Source of the DNA: Candidatus Woesearchaeota archaeon
GTDB taxonomy: Archaea; Nanobdellota; Nanobdellia; SCGC-AAA011-G17; JACPNG01
Assembly (NCBI GenBank): GCA_016185605.1
Contig: JACPNG010000009.1
Span: forward strand, 53,838 to 117,837
Reading direction: 5' to 3'
DNA length: 64,000 nt
Shown here: one piece after another, positions 8,987 through 20,977 of the stretch
How positions within the stretch are numbered: the stretch's first letter is position 1
How the letters are laid out: every line of letters starts with the position of its first letter
Position numbers and translations under genes: made by a program
Notes under the pieces: generated by a model
The model's input: only the letters and a program-made list of their open reading frames with translations
Databases searched by the model: none
What the model was told of the DNA's origin: nothing

Positions 8987-10105
8987 ATGCTAGTTTCTGT
9001 TGTATTACCGTGCAGAAATGAAGAAGAGACAATAGGAAGATGTATTAAAACAATTAAAGAAGTTTTTAAGAGGGATAAAATTGAGGGAGAGATTATTGTT
9101 TCTGATTCTTCTACAGATAAGAGTTATGAAATAGCAAAATCTCTTGGTGTTAGAGTCATTAAGCATAATAAGATTGGGTATGGTAATGCGTACATAGAAG
9201 CATTTAAACATACAAAAGGAAAGTATGTTGTAATGGGGGATTCTGATGAGACTTATAATTTTTATGATATTCCTAAATTTCTAAAAGAATTGAGAAATTA
9301 CGATTTAGTTATTGGAGATAGATTCAATGGATTGATTCATAAGAATGCCATGGACCCTTTACATAGATATTTGGGAAATCCATTGTTAGGATATACTTTA
9401 AGGCATTTTTTCAAAATAAATGTTCAAGATCCCCATTCTGGTTTTAGAGCGATAAAGAAAGAAAAACTAGATAGATTAAATCTAAAAGCTAATGGAATGG
9501 AGTTTGCATCAGAAATGATAATTAAAGCCCATAAAAATGGATTAAAGATTAAAGAAATTCCGATAAACTACTATCCAAGAAAAGGTCGTAGCAAATTAAA
9601 CCCTTTTAGGGATGGCTGGAGACATTTAAGATTGATGTTGTTGTACAGCCCAGATTATTTGTTTTTAGTTCCAGGATTATTATTATTTTTATTTGGTTCT
9701 ATATTTACCTCTGCTTTATTATTTGGACCCATAAATCTTTTTGGAATAATATTAGACATACACCCAATGATTTTAAGCAGTTTATTGACTATCTTAGGAT
9801 ACCAAATTATCTTATTGGGGTTGTATGCAAAAACATATGCTGTAATTCATCTAAAAGAAAAAGATGAATTAGTTAATCTAATTAATAAGTATATAAATCT
9901 AGAAAGAGGAAGTTTGGTTGGTTTATTGATCATATCGATTGGAGTTATTATGGGAATAAAAATATTCTATATTTGGAGCAGAACCAATTTTGGGGCTTTA
10001 GATCAAATAAGGCCCGCCATATTCATATTAACTTTAATTGTTATAGGAATACAAACAATATTCTCATCATTTTTATTAAGTATACTAGGATTAGAACAAG
10101 AATGA
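8987..10105 (+). CDS. GT2 polyprenol-phosphate glycosyltransferase (DPM-synthase-like) with C-terminal TM domain
   Basis: VVLPCRNEE, GYGNA, GDSD, DPHSGFRA, SKL..FRDG; four C-terminal TMs. Confidence 0.9.
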   Translation: MLVSVVLPCRNEEETIGRCIKTIKEVFKRDKIEGEIIVSDSSTDKSYEIAKSLGVRVIKHNKIGYGNAYIEAFKHTKGKYVVMGDSDETYNFYDIPKFLKELRNYDLVIGDRFNGLIHKNAMDPLHRYLGNPLLGYTLRHFFKINVQDPHSGFRAIKKEKLDRLNLKANGMEFASEMIIKAHKNGLKIKEIPINYYPRKGRSKLNPFRDGWRHLRLMLLYSPDYLFLVPGLLLFLFGSIFTSALLFGPINLFGIILDIHPMILSSLLTILGYQIILLGLYAKTYAVIHLKEKDELVNLINKYINLERGSLVGLLIISIGVIMGIKIFYIWSRTNFGALDQIRPAIFILTLIVIGIQTIFSSFLLSILGLEQE

Positions 10106-11172
10106 AAATAGCAATTGTTTATGATGCAATATATCCTTATGTAAAGGGTGGAGGGGAGAAAAGGATTTATGAGTTAAGCAAGATATTAAGTAAAAAACAT
10201 GAAATTCATTTATTTGGAATGAAGTATTGGAACGGCAATAATGTAATTAAGAGAGATAATGTTTATTTGCATGGTGTTTTTAACTCAATTAGCCTTTATA
10301 ATAAAAAGGGTAATAGGTCTTTATTACAACCTTTTCGCTTTAGCTTCTACTTATTTAAAGAATTGATGAAATACGATTTTGATCTAGTGGATTGTCAAAA
10401 TTTTCCATATATACCCTGTTTTATTTGTAAACTCTATTCAAAAATAAAAAATAAACCATTTATTATAACTTGGTTAGAAATTTGGAATGATAACTGGAAC
10501 AAGTATGGATTGTTTGGTTATATTGGAAAATTTATAGAAAGGATAAGCTTTAGGCTAACAAAAAATAATATAGTTTTATCTGATAATATGACAAAAATCA
10601 TAAAGGAATCTATAGTCATTCCTGCAGGAGTAGACCTAAAGAAAATAAATAAAATAAAGAAGAGAAAAGATAAATTTGATATTTTATTTGTAGGAAGATT
10701 AATCAAAGAAAAGAATGTTGATTTTATCATAAGATCTGTTGATAGAAATATTAAAGTAGGCATAATTGGGGATGGCCCAGAGAGAGAGAATTTGATTAAT
10801 CTTGTTAAAAAGCTTAATCTAAGAAATATAAAATTTTTCGGTTTTTTAGATGAAGATGAAGAAGTTTACTCTTATATGAAATCCTCTAAGATATTAGTTT
10901 TACCCTCAATAAGGGAAGGTTTTGGTATTGTTATTTTAGAAGCATTGGCTTGTGGCTGCAAAGTCATAGCAACAAACCATAAAAATAACAATGCCAAATA
11001 TTTGGCAGATAAAAACTTTATCTCTGAGACTAATATAAAAAGTTTAAGAAACAAGATTAAATATGGCTTAAAAAACAAGTACAACAATAATATTAATTTA
11101 GAAGATTTTGATATAAATAAGATATCAAAAGAATTAGAAAATTATTATCAAAGGTGTATAAATGAAATATAA
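10102..11172 (+). CDS. GT4 glycosyltransferase
   Basis: Start reassigned to ATG 10102 (MKIAIVYD, ATGA overlap); GGGEKR, FVGRL..EK, EGFGIVILEA. Confidence 0.92.
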   Translation: MKIAIVYDAIYPYVKGGGEKRIYELSKILSKKHEIHLFGMKYWNGNNVIKRDNVYLHGVFNSISLYNKKGNRSLLQPFRFSFYLFKELMKYDFDLVDCQNFPYIPCFICKLYSKIKNKPFIITWLEIWNDNWNKYGLFGYIGKFIERISFRLTKNNIVLSDNMTKIIKESIVIPAGVDLKKINKIKKRKDKFDILFVGRLIKEKNVDFIIRSVDRNIKVGIIGDGPERENLINLVKKLNLRNIKFFGFLDEDEEVYSYMKSSKILVLPSIREGFGIVILEALACGCKVIATNHKNNNAKYLADKNFISETNIKSLRNKIKYGLKNKYNNNINLEDFDINKISKELENYYQRCINEI

Positions 11173-12610
11173 GCTGATTTTTATTGGTTTATTTATATTG
11201 ATATTAGCAATAAGTTACTATTGGTCTATTAAATCATGCTCTTATTGCTTTCAGAGTTATATCTCTCAAGAATATCTTTTTGAGGATAAAGATATTAATT
11301 TCAGTTCTGAATATATAGATAATACTATAAACATTGTTAAACATGGAACAAATAATATAATTGGCAGATTCGTAGGTAATATATTAATATTTGATTATCT
11401 AAATCTAGTATTTTGGATTTTTATAGCTACATTTACTACTTATTTGTTTTACAATAAAATATTCAATTTAGAAACTGGAACTTTTGCAGCCTTTATTTTT
11501 TTAACAAACCCAACATTAAATGTCATTGTTCACACAATAGTCTATTACTTTATTTCACTATTTTTAATCTATAAATTTTTAACAACTAAAAAGCTTTCAT
11601 TTTTATTTGGATTTTTATTAGTCTTATTAATATCATTTAACGTAGATGTTTCTCCCAGTTTTGTTATTTTAATTAGTTCTTTCTTTTTAGTATTATTTTA
11701 TTATATAATTAATTACATAAGTACTAGATATATCAGTAAAGAAGCTATATTATCTTTTTGTTTTTTTATCATAATTTTCATAATAATAATAACATTTGAG
11801 AGAAATTTTGTACTAGATTTATTAAGTAGGATCCCCTTAATTTTTGATAAATTGATTTTTTATCTCTCATCTTATCCAAAAACAGCATATTTCTATTTAT
11901 ATATTGTAAGCAGAGTTATTTTAATTGTCATACCTATATTTTATGTTTACAATATAATAAAAAATAAATTACAATTAACAAAAAAAGAAACTTTCATTTT
12001 TTCTTATTTTCTAACGGTCTTTCCATTACTAATCTTATTCATTTTATTTGATATCTCTGCAAGAATATTTGATTACTATGCTCCTTTATTAGCTGCAATT
12101 AGTTTCAGAGAGAGCAAAATATTTTTAAAAAAAGAGATAAGAGATAAAATAATAGTTTCAGTAGTAATATTTTTTACTTTGTTTTCTATATTCTTACATC
12201 ATATACCGCCTAGAAGCCTAGAAATATATGATAATGACTTATTGGATGGTTTAAACAATCTTCCCAAAGATTCGATTGTTTATACAGATGTATTTGTTGC
12301 CAATATTCTAATAACAAAATTAGATCATTTAAGTATAGTTGGTCCAGACTTTAATAAAGGGAATGAGTATAATAAAGTATACTATGAAAAGGACGTTAAT
12401 TATATAAAAAAACTATTTATCGATAAAAATGTTGAGTATTTTATAATCTCAAGACAATCATTAATTAGGGGATTAGATATATTAAATGCTCCGCATATAT
12501 TAAAACCGATAACCATTATAGAATATGATAACATGGAATTTTTAGATAAATATTATTCAAATGACGAGGTTTATATCTGGAGGATAGATGAAAATAGCAG
12601 TATTTCATGA
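11162..12610 (+). CDS. Polytopic membrane protein, GT-C/polymerase-like
   Basis: About 11 hydrophobic segments plus a C-terminal soluble domain; lies between two GT4 genes. Confidence 0.55.
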   Translation: MKYKLIFIGLFILILAISYYWSIKSCSYCFQSYISQEYLFEDKDINFSSEYIDNTINIVKHGTNNIIGRFVGNILIFDYLNLVFWIFIATFTTYLFYNKIFNLETGTFAAFIFLTNPTLNVIVHTIVYYFISLFLIYKFLTTKKLSFLFGFLLVLLISFNVDVSPSFVILISSFFLVLFYYIINYISTRYISKEAILSFCFFIIIFIIIITFERNFVLDLLSRIPLIFDKLIFYLSSYPKTAYFYLYIVSRVILIVIPIFYVYNIIKNKLQLTKKETFIFSYFLTVFPLLILFILFDISARIFDYYAPLLAAISFRESKIFLKKEIRDKIIVSVVIFFTLFSIFLHHIPPRSLEIYDNDLLDGLNNLPKDSIVYTDVFVANILITKLDHLSIVGPDFNKGNEYNKVYYEKDVNYIKKLFIDKNVEYFIISRQSLIRGLDILNAPHILKPITIIEYDNMEFLDKYYSNDEVYIWRIDENSSIS

Positions 12611-13670
12611 CTATTTGGATTGTATAGGTGGAGGAGAGAAAGTAGCATTGATGATAGCTAGAATTCTAAAAGCCGATTTTATAACTACAGATGTTGATAA
12701 GGATGTTATTAATAAACTTGGATTCAATGATATTAAAATAATTTCTTTAGGCAATACAATTAAAATCCCCCCTTTAAAACAAATTTCAGCTTCTTATAAA
12801 TTTGCCAGAGCTGATTTTAGTAAAAAGTATGACTTATTTATTCTAAGTACGGGATGGAGTGTTTTTGCTGCCAAAAAACACAGACCTAATATTTATTATT
12901 GCCATAGCCCAGTCAGACCATTTTTTGATTTATATGAATTATTTAAGGAAAGAGAAAATTTAATTAAAAAACCAATATTCATTTTATGGGTTTATTTGCA
13001 TAGACATTTTCTTAAAAAGAGCATCATACATGTAAACAAATTTCTTTGCAATTCATTGAATACACAAAAAAGAATTAAAAAATACTATGGCAGAGAAGCG
13101 ATTATAGTTTACCCTTATGTTGATTGTTCTAAATATAAATATAAGAAGAATGGAGATTTTTGGTTGAGCGTCAATAGATTTTATCCTGAAAAAAGAATAG
13201 AACTACAAATTGAGGCATTTAGCAAGCTACCCAAAGAAAAATTAGTTATTGTTGGGGGATATGCTAGGGGAGATCATGCATTAAGATATATGAAAAAATT
13301 TAAGGATCTTCCAACTAATATAAGAATAATGGGTCAAATAAGTGAGAAAGAACTAATTAATCTATATGAAAATTGTAAAGCATATATAACAACAGCTTTA
13401 GATGAAGATTTTGGTATTACTCCATTGGAAGCCATGGCTGCCGGAAAACCAGTAGTTGCAGTAAATGAAGGAGGTTATAAAGAAACTGTTATTAATAATA
13501 AGACTGGAAAATTAGTTGATGCTAATATCAATGAAATAGTAAAAGCTATTAAAGAAATATCAAAAAATCCGAAAAAATATAGAAAAAATTGTGAGATACG
13601 GGCTAGAGAATTTGATCTGTTAATATTTAAACAAAAATTTGAAAAAACTATTTTAAATATTAAAAACTAA
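12588..13670 (+). CDS. GT4 glycosyltransferase (WbaZ-like mannosyltransferase family)
   Basis: [30 protein letters not shown]. Confidence 0.92.
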   Translation: MKIAVFHDYLDCIGGGEKVALMIARILKADFITTDVDKDVINKLGFNDIKIISLGNTIKIPPLKQISASYKFARADFSKKYDLFILSTGWSVFAAKKHRPNIYYCHSPVRPFFDLYELFKERENLIKKPIFILWVYLHRHFLKKSIIHVNKFLCNSLNTQKRIKKYYGREAIIVYPYVDCSKYKYKKNGDFWLSVNRFYPEKRIELQIEAFSKLPKEKLVIVGGYARGDHALRYMKKFKDLPTNIRIMGQISEKELINLYENCKAYITTALDEDFGITPLEAMAAGKPVVAVNEGGYKETVINNKTGKLVDANINEIVKAIKEISKNPKKYRKNCEIRAREFDLLIFKQKFEKTILNIKN

Positions 13671-14362
13671 AAATAATATTTTATTGTTTTACCTAGAATA
13701 TCTTTTAGATGAAAAAATCCTGTTTTGAATGTACTTACTTTTGAAGTTCCAGCTTTTCGTGCTTTATAATGTATAGGTATCTCTTTTATCCTTAATTTAT
13801 ATTTTCTGGCTGCAAATATCATATCTAACGCCGGCCATCCTCTTTCTGTTAATTTATCTTCTATAGTATTGCATTTAAATGCTCTTGTTCCACAGAAAAC
13901 GTCTGTAAAATATTTCCTAAGTATCATTGAAGTTAACAACGAAAATATTTTATTTCCGATCTTATTAAAAAATGGCATTGCTCCTTTTTCCATAGGATAA
14001 ATAAATCTAGATGTATTGACAAATTCTGCTTCATTATTAAATATTGGTGATACCACTATTTCTAATTCTGAAGGATCAACTGTGTAATCTGCGTCTAAGG
14101 TTACGATAACATTGCCTTTAGCTATTTCTAATCCTTTTAATATAGCTCCCCCTTGTCCAAGTTTATTATTGAAATGAAGGACTTTTAGATTTTTTATTTC
14201 CTTAGATAGTTCCATAGCTAGATTAGCAGTATTATCTATACCATCATCTATTACAATAATTTCTGTTTTCCATTTAAATTTTGGAAATTTTTTTATACAT
14301 GTTACTATATTTTCCTCTTCATTATATGCCGGAATTATTATGGATAATAAATTATGGTTCAT
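13667..14362 (-). CDS. GT2 polyprenol-phosphate glycosyltransferase (DPM1-like)
   Basis: [26 protein letters not shown]. Confidence 0.9.
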   Translation of the reverse strand: MNHNLLSIIIPAYNEEENIVTCIKKFPKFKWKTEIIVIDDGIDNTANLAMELSKEIKNLKVLHFNNKLGQGGAILKGLEIAKGNVIVTLDADYTVDPSELEIVVSPIFNNEAEFVNTSRFIYPMEKGAMPFFNKIGNKIFSLLTSMILRKYFTDVFCGTRAFKCNTIEDKLTERGWPALDMIFAARKYKLRIKEIPIHYKARKAGTSKVSTFKTGFFHLKDILGKTIKYYF

Positions 14363-14712
14363 TTGTATATATCTGGGTTTTTCAGATTAAACTCTTCTGA
14401 TAAGAGAACTATCAATTCTACATATGTCAGATATTTTAAGATATGAAATTCGTATGGTTCAATAATAAAGCAAGATCCTTTTTTAAATAAATAATTATAT
14501 TCTTTATTTGTTTTTAAGTTTTTTATATATAATTCTAATTTGCCTTTGACTATAAAATGAAGTTCTGAAGTATGTTTGTGATAATGATTGCCCCTTACAG
14601 AGCCTTTTTTAGTTATACTATAATTTAATTGTTTCCATGTGAAATTTTTTGCAATTTCTTTTAAAATTCCTCTTTTATCTAAAATTATTATTTTTTGTTT
14701 GATTATCTTCAT
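14359..14712 (-). CDS. Cupin, WxcM/FdtA/RmlC-like NDP-sugar isomerase or epimerase
   Basis: DKRG, RGNHYHK...E and PYEFH cupin motifs. Confidence 0.8.
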   Translation of the reverse strand: MKIIKQKIIILDKRGILKEIAKNFTWKQLNYSITKKGSVRGNHYHKHTSELHFIVKGKLELYIKNLKTNKEYNYLFKKGSCFIIEPYEFHILKYLTYVELIVLLSEEFNLKNPDIYK

Positions 14713-14730
14713 TTTTTAAATTATATTTCA

Positions 14731-15582
14731 TTAAACTTTAGTATTATTTAAACTATTTTTATACATATCTTCTAAAGCTGTCTTCAAATTTGGCCAGTTT
14801 AAATTAAGTAAACCTCTTATTTTAGAGTTATCTAATGAAGAATCTATGGGACTTAAAAAAGATTTAGGCGCCATTTTCCCTACAATTAAATTTCTATCAT
14901 AGCCAAAGATTTTTGCAATAAGTTTAGAAAATTCAAATCTGCTTACCTTTTCATTACCACACACATGAAATAGTCCAGTAAGATTTAATCTTATCATGGC
15001 TTCAAGATAATTACAAAAATAAGGCAAGTATGTCGGTGTATTATAAATATTAGTAAATGCTTCTACTTTTTTTCCTTGAGATAATTGCGAAATTACATAA
15101 TTCATAAAGCCTTTTTCATTTGTATCAAATAAACCGCTAGTACGAATAATACAATGTTTTTTTAGATTAAATGATTTTTCTCCTTTTAGTTTTGTAATGC
15201 CATATATGGTTGATGGATTTGGTGTATCGGTCTCTTTAAAATTTCCTTTAAAACCATCAAAAACAAAATCTGAAGATATATAATATGTCAAAGCAGACGG
15301 AAAATATTTTGTAATAAGCTCTGATGAATGAAAATTAACTAATGATATTTCCGGATTTTCTTCGCAAAATTTCGCTTTTTTTCCTGCAGCATGTAAAATA
15401 TAGTCTGGATTACAACTTTTAGCAAATTTTGAAACTTGTTCTTCATCAGTTAAATCAATTATTAAATGACCCTTTATTTTATTCTTATATGATAATTTAA
15501 TAAGTTTATATTTAGATGAGAAGTGTTTTACTAAAACAGATCCTAGATATCCTGAGGCACCAGTTATTAACATTTTTTTCAT
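14731..15582 (-). CDS. RmlD-like NDP-4-keto-sugar reductase (SDR)
   Basis: GASGYLG, ISSDFVFDG, YGITK (YxxxK). Confidence 0.85.
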   Translation of the reverse strand: MKKMLITGASGYLGSVLVKHFSSKYKLIKLSYKNKIKGHLIIDLTDEEQVSKFAKSCNPDYILHAAGKKAKFCEENPEISLVNFHSSELITKYFPSALTYYISSDFVFDGFKGNFKETDTPNPSTIYGITKLKGEKSFNLKKHCIIRTSGLFDTNEKGFMNYVISQLSQGKKVEAFTNIYNTPTYLPYFCNYLEAMIRLNLTGLFHVCGNEKVSRFEFSKLIAKIFGYDRNLIVGKMAPKSFLSPIDSSLDNSKIRGLLNLNWPNLKTALEDMYKNSLNNTKV

Positions 15583-15583
15583 A

Positions 15584-17437
15584 TTAACTGCCTAAAACCA
15601 CATTACAGTAATCTTTTGATTCGTTAAAGTAATCAATTCTTTGATTTTTATATTCTAATAAGCCCTTACAACATAAAGATGAATATTCTTTATATTTTTT
15701 GCAATCCTTAATTCCAAATTTTATATCTCCTTTAATTTCTCCAATAACATATCCCAACCATATATAACAGTATTTATTATATTTTTTATCCAATTTTTCA
15801 CAAACTAATCCACCTTGTTCTGGATAATAGCCGTTATACCAACCAGTAAACCAACCAACACCACGATAACAATAAGGTCTATATTCTTCCTCAAGTGAAT
15901 TACAATCTTTGTCAATTAGAGATTTGTTATTTTCAAAACGGTATCTTATAGAAGTAACATAGCCAATGCCAAGATAACAATTATTTCTATGTGTTTCATT
16001 TATTTTACTACATGAATTTTTAAGAGTATTAAAATTGTAATATCCTATTGCATCAGTAACGCCAATACCAACCCAATTATAACAATCATCCCTATATTCT
16101 TCTTTTAGTTTACCACAACTCTCAAAAGCTTTGTCTGGCTGAAGTTTATTTTTCGCACCCAATACGAAACCCAAAACATTATAACATAAAGGTTTCGGAT
16201 TAGATTCTTTTTCAAAACTAAGATTAGATGAGATTAAACCAAAATTTGATATTAAGCCAATTATTATTAAAAAAGAAAATAAAAAAATAAATACCATTTT
16301 ATTTGATTTATATATTTCTAAAAGTGAGATGGCCATACAAATAAAGATAAATGGGAATAACGGCATTAAATATCTATATTGCCCTGAATAAATAGCACCA
16401 TCAAAACTAAAATTGCTCACTATATAAATTAGAAAAAAGAATATAACTACAAATAAAATAAATAACTGTTTTATATTATTAGATGGAATAATATCATAAT
16501 TAAATGGAATATTTATTAAATATCTATAATTCTTATATAGAAGATAAATAATTAAGAATAAGAATATAATATAATAAGAATAATTTAATATTTCTCTTTG
16601 AAATATTATCTCTCTGAAATTAAACGAGTTCGGAATGTCATACAATAAAAGATTTGTAAATTTATTAGTAATCTCCTGGACTTTATCTAAACTAAGATAA
16701 TTGCTATTAAATCCATATTTTATTTGATTTATGCCTATAAAATCATTTTGAATATTATAATAGAAAAATGGGGTTAAGCCTAAAATAAGAAAGAATATAA
16801 AAATAAAAAATTCTTTTTTTAAGAAAAACAATTGATCTTTAGTAAACCAGAGTAATAAACATGGAGGAAGAATAAATAAGAAAATATTTGAAAAGAATAT
16901 ACCAAATCCGCTAAAAGATCCAGCTAGAATAAGACTAATTTTCTTATCAGAATAAAAAAAATCTAGAAAGAAAAATAAAGATATAATTATAAATAAAGTT
17001 ATATGGATATGTCCGTGTCCTACTAAAAAACTTCTTACAGTATAAGAAGATGGGGAAAGGATAAATAAGATAGATGCATAAAAAGCAGCCTTATTATCAA
17101 AGAATTTCTCAACTAAAAGGTATATTGCTATTAACATACCCAAAGATAATATTATACCAACAAGAAGTAAAGAAAAAGTAGTTTTACCAAATATCAAAAA
17201 TAAAAACGCAGCTATAAATGGTGTAATTAATGTATTGCCATAATAAGCCTGATGTTGATAGTCTATGTATGGCTGTTTTAGTCCATCTCTTATCTCATTG
17301 GCTACAGTTCCTATATAACATACATCTATTGGATCCGCTAAGTCTATAGATGTGTAAGCTATTATTAATCTAGATAATAAAAAAACGATTATTAAAAAAA
17401 CTAAAGTTTTTTTATTTCTATTTATAGGAAATAACAT
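15584..17437 (-). CDS. GT-C (ArnT/PMT-like) membrane glycosyltransferase with C-terminal Cys-rich repeats
   Basis: About 11 TMs, RYLMP motif; C-terminal repeats of the form C..L...Y...CY..(V/L)G. Confidence 0.7.
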   Translation of the reverse strand: MLFPINRNKKTLVFLIIVFLLSRLIIAYTSIDLADPIDVCYIGTVANEIRDGLKQPYIDYQHQAYYGNTLITPFIAAFLFLIFGKTTFSLLLVGIILSLGMLIAIYLLVEKFFDNKAAFYASILFILSPSSYTVRSFLVGHGHIHITLFIIISLFFFLDFFYSDKKISLILAGSFSGFGIFFSNIFLFILPPCLLLWFTKDQLFFLKKEFFIFIFFLILGLTPFFYYNIQNDFIGINQIKYGFNSNYLSLDKVQEITNKFTNLLLYDIPNSFNFREIIFQREILNYSYYIIFLFLIIYLLYKNYRYLINIPFNYDIIPSNNIKQLFILFVVIFFFLIYIVSNFSFDGAIYSGQYRYLMPLFPFIFICMAISLLEIYKSNKMVFIFLFSFLIIIGLISNFGLISSNLSFEKESNPKPLCYNVLGFVLGAKNKLQPDKAFESCGKLKEEYRDDCYNWVGIGVTDAIGYYNFNTLKNSCSKINETHRNNCYLGIGYVTSIRYRFENNKSLIDKDCNSLEEEYRPYCYRGVGWFTGWYNGYYPEQGGLVCEKLDKKYNKYCYIWLGYVIGEIKGDIKFGIKDCKKYKEYSSLCCKGLLEYKNQRIDYFNESKDYCNVVLGS

Positions 17438-17525
17438 TTAAAATCTATTATGAGAACATATTTAAATTTTTATATATTATGAAATTGATGTAATACAAAA
17501 TGACAAAAAATATTTTTTTCAGAAG

Positions 17526-18161
17526 ATGTTAATAAACGATTTAGGAATAATAATAAAAGAGTTATGGATAACTCATCCGACAGATCGATACTCCACTTTT
17601 CTAGCAAAATTTATTTCAAAATATAAATTTAAAAATGTTTTAGAGATAGGAACAGGAACCGGAATAGTGTCGATATGTTTGGCTAAAAATGGTAGTAAAG
17701 TCACAGCAACAGATATAGATAAGAAAATAATAGATTTAGCGCAAGAAAACGCCAAATTAAACAATGTTAAAATTAAGCTTATAGTATCAGATTTATACGA
17801 AAATGTTAAAGGAAGATATGATTGTATTGTATTTAGCATTCCTTATATTTTATCAAAAAAGAGATATAACTATATAAATTTTTTGTACGATAAATTTATG
17901 CCAGAAGTTATAGAATCCAGATTGACTTATATGATAGATAATAGTATTATTGGCAGATTAATTTCTAGAGACAGGTGGAATAAATTAAAATATCTTTTAA
18001 AATCTAGCAAAGATTACCTAAATAAAAATAGATTTATATATTTAGTAGTTTTTAAAAGTGATATTAAGATTATTAAAAGATTTGACAATATAGCTTATAG
18101 TATAATAGAGTTTCCATTTGTTACATCTCAATGTATAGTTAAAATATCATATAAAAATTAA
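17526..18161 (+). CDS. Class I SAM-dependent methyltransferase (HemK-like fold)
   Basis: VLEIGTGTG, ATDID, SDLY; SIPY replaces NPPY. Confidence 0.8.
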   Translation: MLINDLGIIIKELWITHPTDRYSTFLAKFISKYKFKNVLEIGTGTGIVSICLAKNGSKVTATDIDKKIIDLAQENAKLNNVKIKLIVSDLYENVKGRYDCIVFSIPYILSKKRYNYINFLYDKFMPEVIESRLTYMIDNSIIGRLISRDRWNKLKYLLKSSKDYLNKNRFIYLVVFKSDIKIIKRFDNIAYSIIEFPFVTSQCIVKISYKN

Positions 18162-18234
18162 ATTACTTATATATTTTGGTGTATAAATAATAAAAAACCT
18201 AAAAACATAAAAAGTAAATTTATTATAGGTTTTA

Positions 18235-20898
18235 ATGACTTTAAATAAATACTTTAAAAAGTATAAAGTTCCAATAATTATATTCTCTTTAATTGCTATA
18301 ATTTTTACTTTACCATTATTCCAAAAGTTTGAAAATATAGGAATTGTTGATTGGGATTTGTGGTTATTTTATAATGAAGCAGCTAGAAAAAGTATTTTAG
18401 AATATCATCAAATACCATTTTGGAATCCTTATTATTGTGGTGGAAATATATTATTGGCTCATCCGGAATTTCCATTATTCTCATTACAATTCCTATTTGT
18501 TTTAATATTTGGTACTATCCTTGGAATAAAATTGTCTATTCTTTTTTTCTTCTTTCTTGGACTAATCTCAATGTATATCTTAACCCAATATCTAAGATTT
18601 TCAAAATTAGCTTCTTATGCCTCTTCATTTATTTATATGTTAAGCGCACCTTTTTCTATAAGGATTGGTGCTGGACAATTTAGCTATTTAGCTATGGCTT
18701 TTTATCCATTGGCCTTTCTTTTTTTCATTAAAGGACTAAAGAATTTTAAATATATTCCCCTATCTGTAATATTTCTTGTTCTAGCCTTTTTCTCTGGAGC
18801 TATATATGAATTATCTTTTTTTATTCTTTTTTTAACTATTTACGCTATAATAAAAAGCATAACTGAAAGAAGAATAAAACCTTTAATAGTCTTAATTATT
18901 ATTATCTTATTTGCTTTTTTAGTTGCATCAATAAAATTAATTCCCCTCTTAGATTTTGTCATTGATAATCCAAGAACTACCGAATTTGCCCTCGGAGAAT
19001 CTACTAAATTAAATGAATTTTTTGACTATATTTTCAAATCTACAAGATTAAGCAAATATTATATCGGTGGCGGGACTCCAAATGATCCGATATGGTGGGA
19101 AGGGGACATAGCGATAGGTATACTTGGAATTTTATTAGTAATTATTGGTGGAATCTTTTCTCTTAAAAATAAAAAAGAATTTGCTATTACAACAATAATA
19201 TTTATTTTGATATTTCTTGGAAGTACTTTATCTATTAGTTTATGGAAAATATTACATTTTTTCCCACCATTTAATTCATTTTTTGTAATTGGAAGATTGG
19301 GCATGATATTAACTTTCTCATTTGCACTTCTCGCTGGATTTGGTTTTTCAGAATTACAAAAAAAGCTTGATAGGAGCAAATCTATATTCTATTTATTTAT
19401 CTTTCTAATTCTACTTCTATTAAGCTCTTTATTTTATATGAATTTAGGAATTATTAATGACTCTATTAGAATTCAGATACCAAAAATAGACAAAAGCGAT
19501 AACTTTTACCAAACAATTGATATAATAAAATATGATGGACCTCTATCTAGCAACCATTATCTTACAATTAAACAAAATAAAGGAGACCTAACATGCTTTG
19601 AGGAGATTAGATCTCTAACTTCTGTTTCTGCTATCCCAAAAGAATATAATGATTATAAAGGAGAAGCTTATCTAAACGAAGAAGGTAAAGCAGAAATAAC
19701 TTACTTCTCTCCCAATAGGATAATTATCAAAACCGAAAGCAATAAAGAAAATTTATTAATTTTAAATCAAAACTTTGAAAAAAATTGGAAAGTTAAATCT
19801 GGAGGTGTTGAAAACTATAATGGACTGTTATCCACAAAGATACCTAAAGGAAATTCAACTATAACATTCTACTATCTTCCACAAAGTTTTATTATTGGAT
19901 CAATTATGTCACTTATTTCTATTATCTTAATTTTTATTTTTACTAAAATGAATAATAAAAATGCAATTATGATTATTTCAATTATATTAGTGTTGTCCAT
20001 ATTGTTATATCTATATATCTCAAAAGAGAATATAGAAATTCCCAGCATTTATAATAAACTAAATGAAGATAAAGAGTATTATTCTATTATAGAAATACCG
20101 TTTACAAGTCCTTTATTCCATGCTATAAGGTATTATGATGTGCAACAAAATAAAGAAGTGATATGGCACCATCCAAGTCAAAAAATATCTTATAAAATTT
20201 ATTTGTTAAAAAAGATATTTTTTGCTGATGATAAAAACGATGAGAAAGTTGTGAGTGACATAATAATTCAAGATCCACAAAAAATCGGAATTTCAGTGCT
20301 TAATTATTATAATATTAAAAAAGTTTTATTGCATAAAAAATGGTATGGTTCACATTTAGATTGGAAGATATTCTCTACACCACCATCCCCTTATAATTAT
20401 AGCAATTACAAAGATTGGTACGGTAATGAACTTTATAACATAACTAAAAATTTCTTAGATAAGGAATTTATAAAAATTTATGAAGATGATGAAATTATCG
20501 CTTATGACGTTCCTAAAGAAAAAGAAAAACAACATTTTATTATAATTGATAAAGGATGGTATTGGCTGGAATTAGATGATAAAGGAAAAAAATTTGGTTG
20601 GATTGAAGATAAAGCTTCAATAAAGATAATGTCTTCCAAAAAAATGAGTGTAAATCTAAGCTTTGACACATTTAACTTTTATGAACCAAAAACATTGGAG
20701 ATTTATCAAAATAAAAAGTTTATAGAAGATTATAAGATAGTAGGAAATAGTAATATAAATGTTAGATTAATGTTAAATGAGGGAGAAAACTATATAGAAT
20801 TCAAGACTAGAGAAAAATGTAGAAAACCCTCAAAAGTATCTGAAAGTGAGGACAAAAGATGCTTGAGTTTGGCATTAATGGATCTAGGCTTGGAATAA
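18235..20898 (+). CDS. YfhO-like large GT-C membrane protein
   Basis: PFWNPY.CGG, many TMs, YfhO-like C-terminal LILNQNF...W segment, then a further extracellular domain. Confidence 0.7.
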   Translation: MTLNKYFKKYKVPIIIFSLIAIIFTLPLFQKFENIGIVDWDLWLFYNEAARKSILEYHQIPFWNPYYCGGNILLAHPEFPLFSLQFLFVLIFGTILGIKLSILFFFFLGLISMYILTQYLRFSKLASYASSFIYMLSAPFSIRIGAGQFSYLAMAFYPLAFLFFIKGLKNFKYIPLSVIFLVLAFFSGAIYELSFFILFLTIYAIIKSITERRIKPLIVLIIIILFAFLVASIKLIPLLDFVIDNPRTTEFALGESTKLNEFFDYIFKSTRLSKYYIGGGTPNDPIWWEGDIAIGILGILLVIIGGIFSLKNKKEFAITTIIFILIFLGSTLSISLWKILHFFPPFNSFFVIGRLGMILTFSFALLAGFGFSELQKKLDRSKSIFYLFIFLILLLLSSLFYMNLGIINDSIRIQIPKIDKSDNFYQTIDIIKYDGPLSSNHYLTIKQNKGDLTCFEEIRSLTSVSAIPKEYNDYKGEAYLNEEGKAEITYFSPNRIIIKTESNKENLLILNQNFEKNWKVKSGGVENYNGLLSTKIPKGNSTITFYYLPQSFIIGSIMSLISIILIFIFTKMNNKNAIMIISIILVLSILLYLYISKENIEIPSIYNKLNEDKEYYSIIEIPFTSPLFHAIRYYDVQQNKEVIWHHPSQKISYKIYLLKKIFFADDKNDEKVVSDIIIQDPQKIGISVLNYYNIKKVLLHKKWYGSHLDWKIFSTPPSPYNYSNYKDWYGNELYNITKNFLDKEFIKIYEDDEIIAYDVPKEKEKQHFIIIDKGWYWLELDDKGKKFGWIEDKASIKIMSSKKMSVNLSFDTFNFYEPKTLEIYQNKKFIEDYKIVGNSNINVRLMLNEGENYIEFKTREKCRKPSKVSESEDKRCLSLALMDLGLE

Positions 20899-20977
20899 TT
20901 TGATGCCATAGATTTAAATATATCTTCCATTATAAAACTTAAAAGAATCGCATGATAGATGACGAAAGTGATAAAAA

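Noticed and set aside
9973-10101. N-terminal extension of the GT4 ORF in the track
   Set aside because: It overlaps the upstream GT2; the family-typical start MKIAIVYD at 10102 has ATGA coupling.
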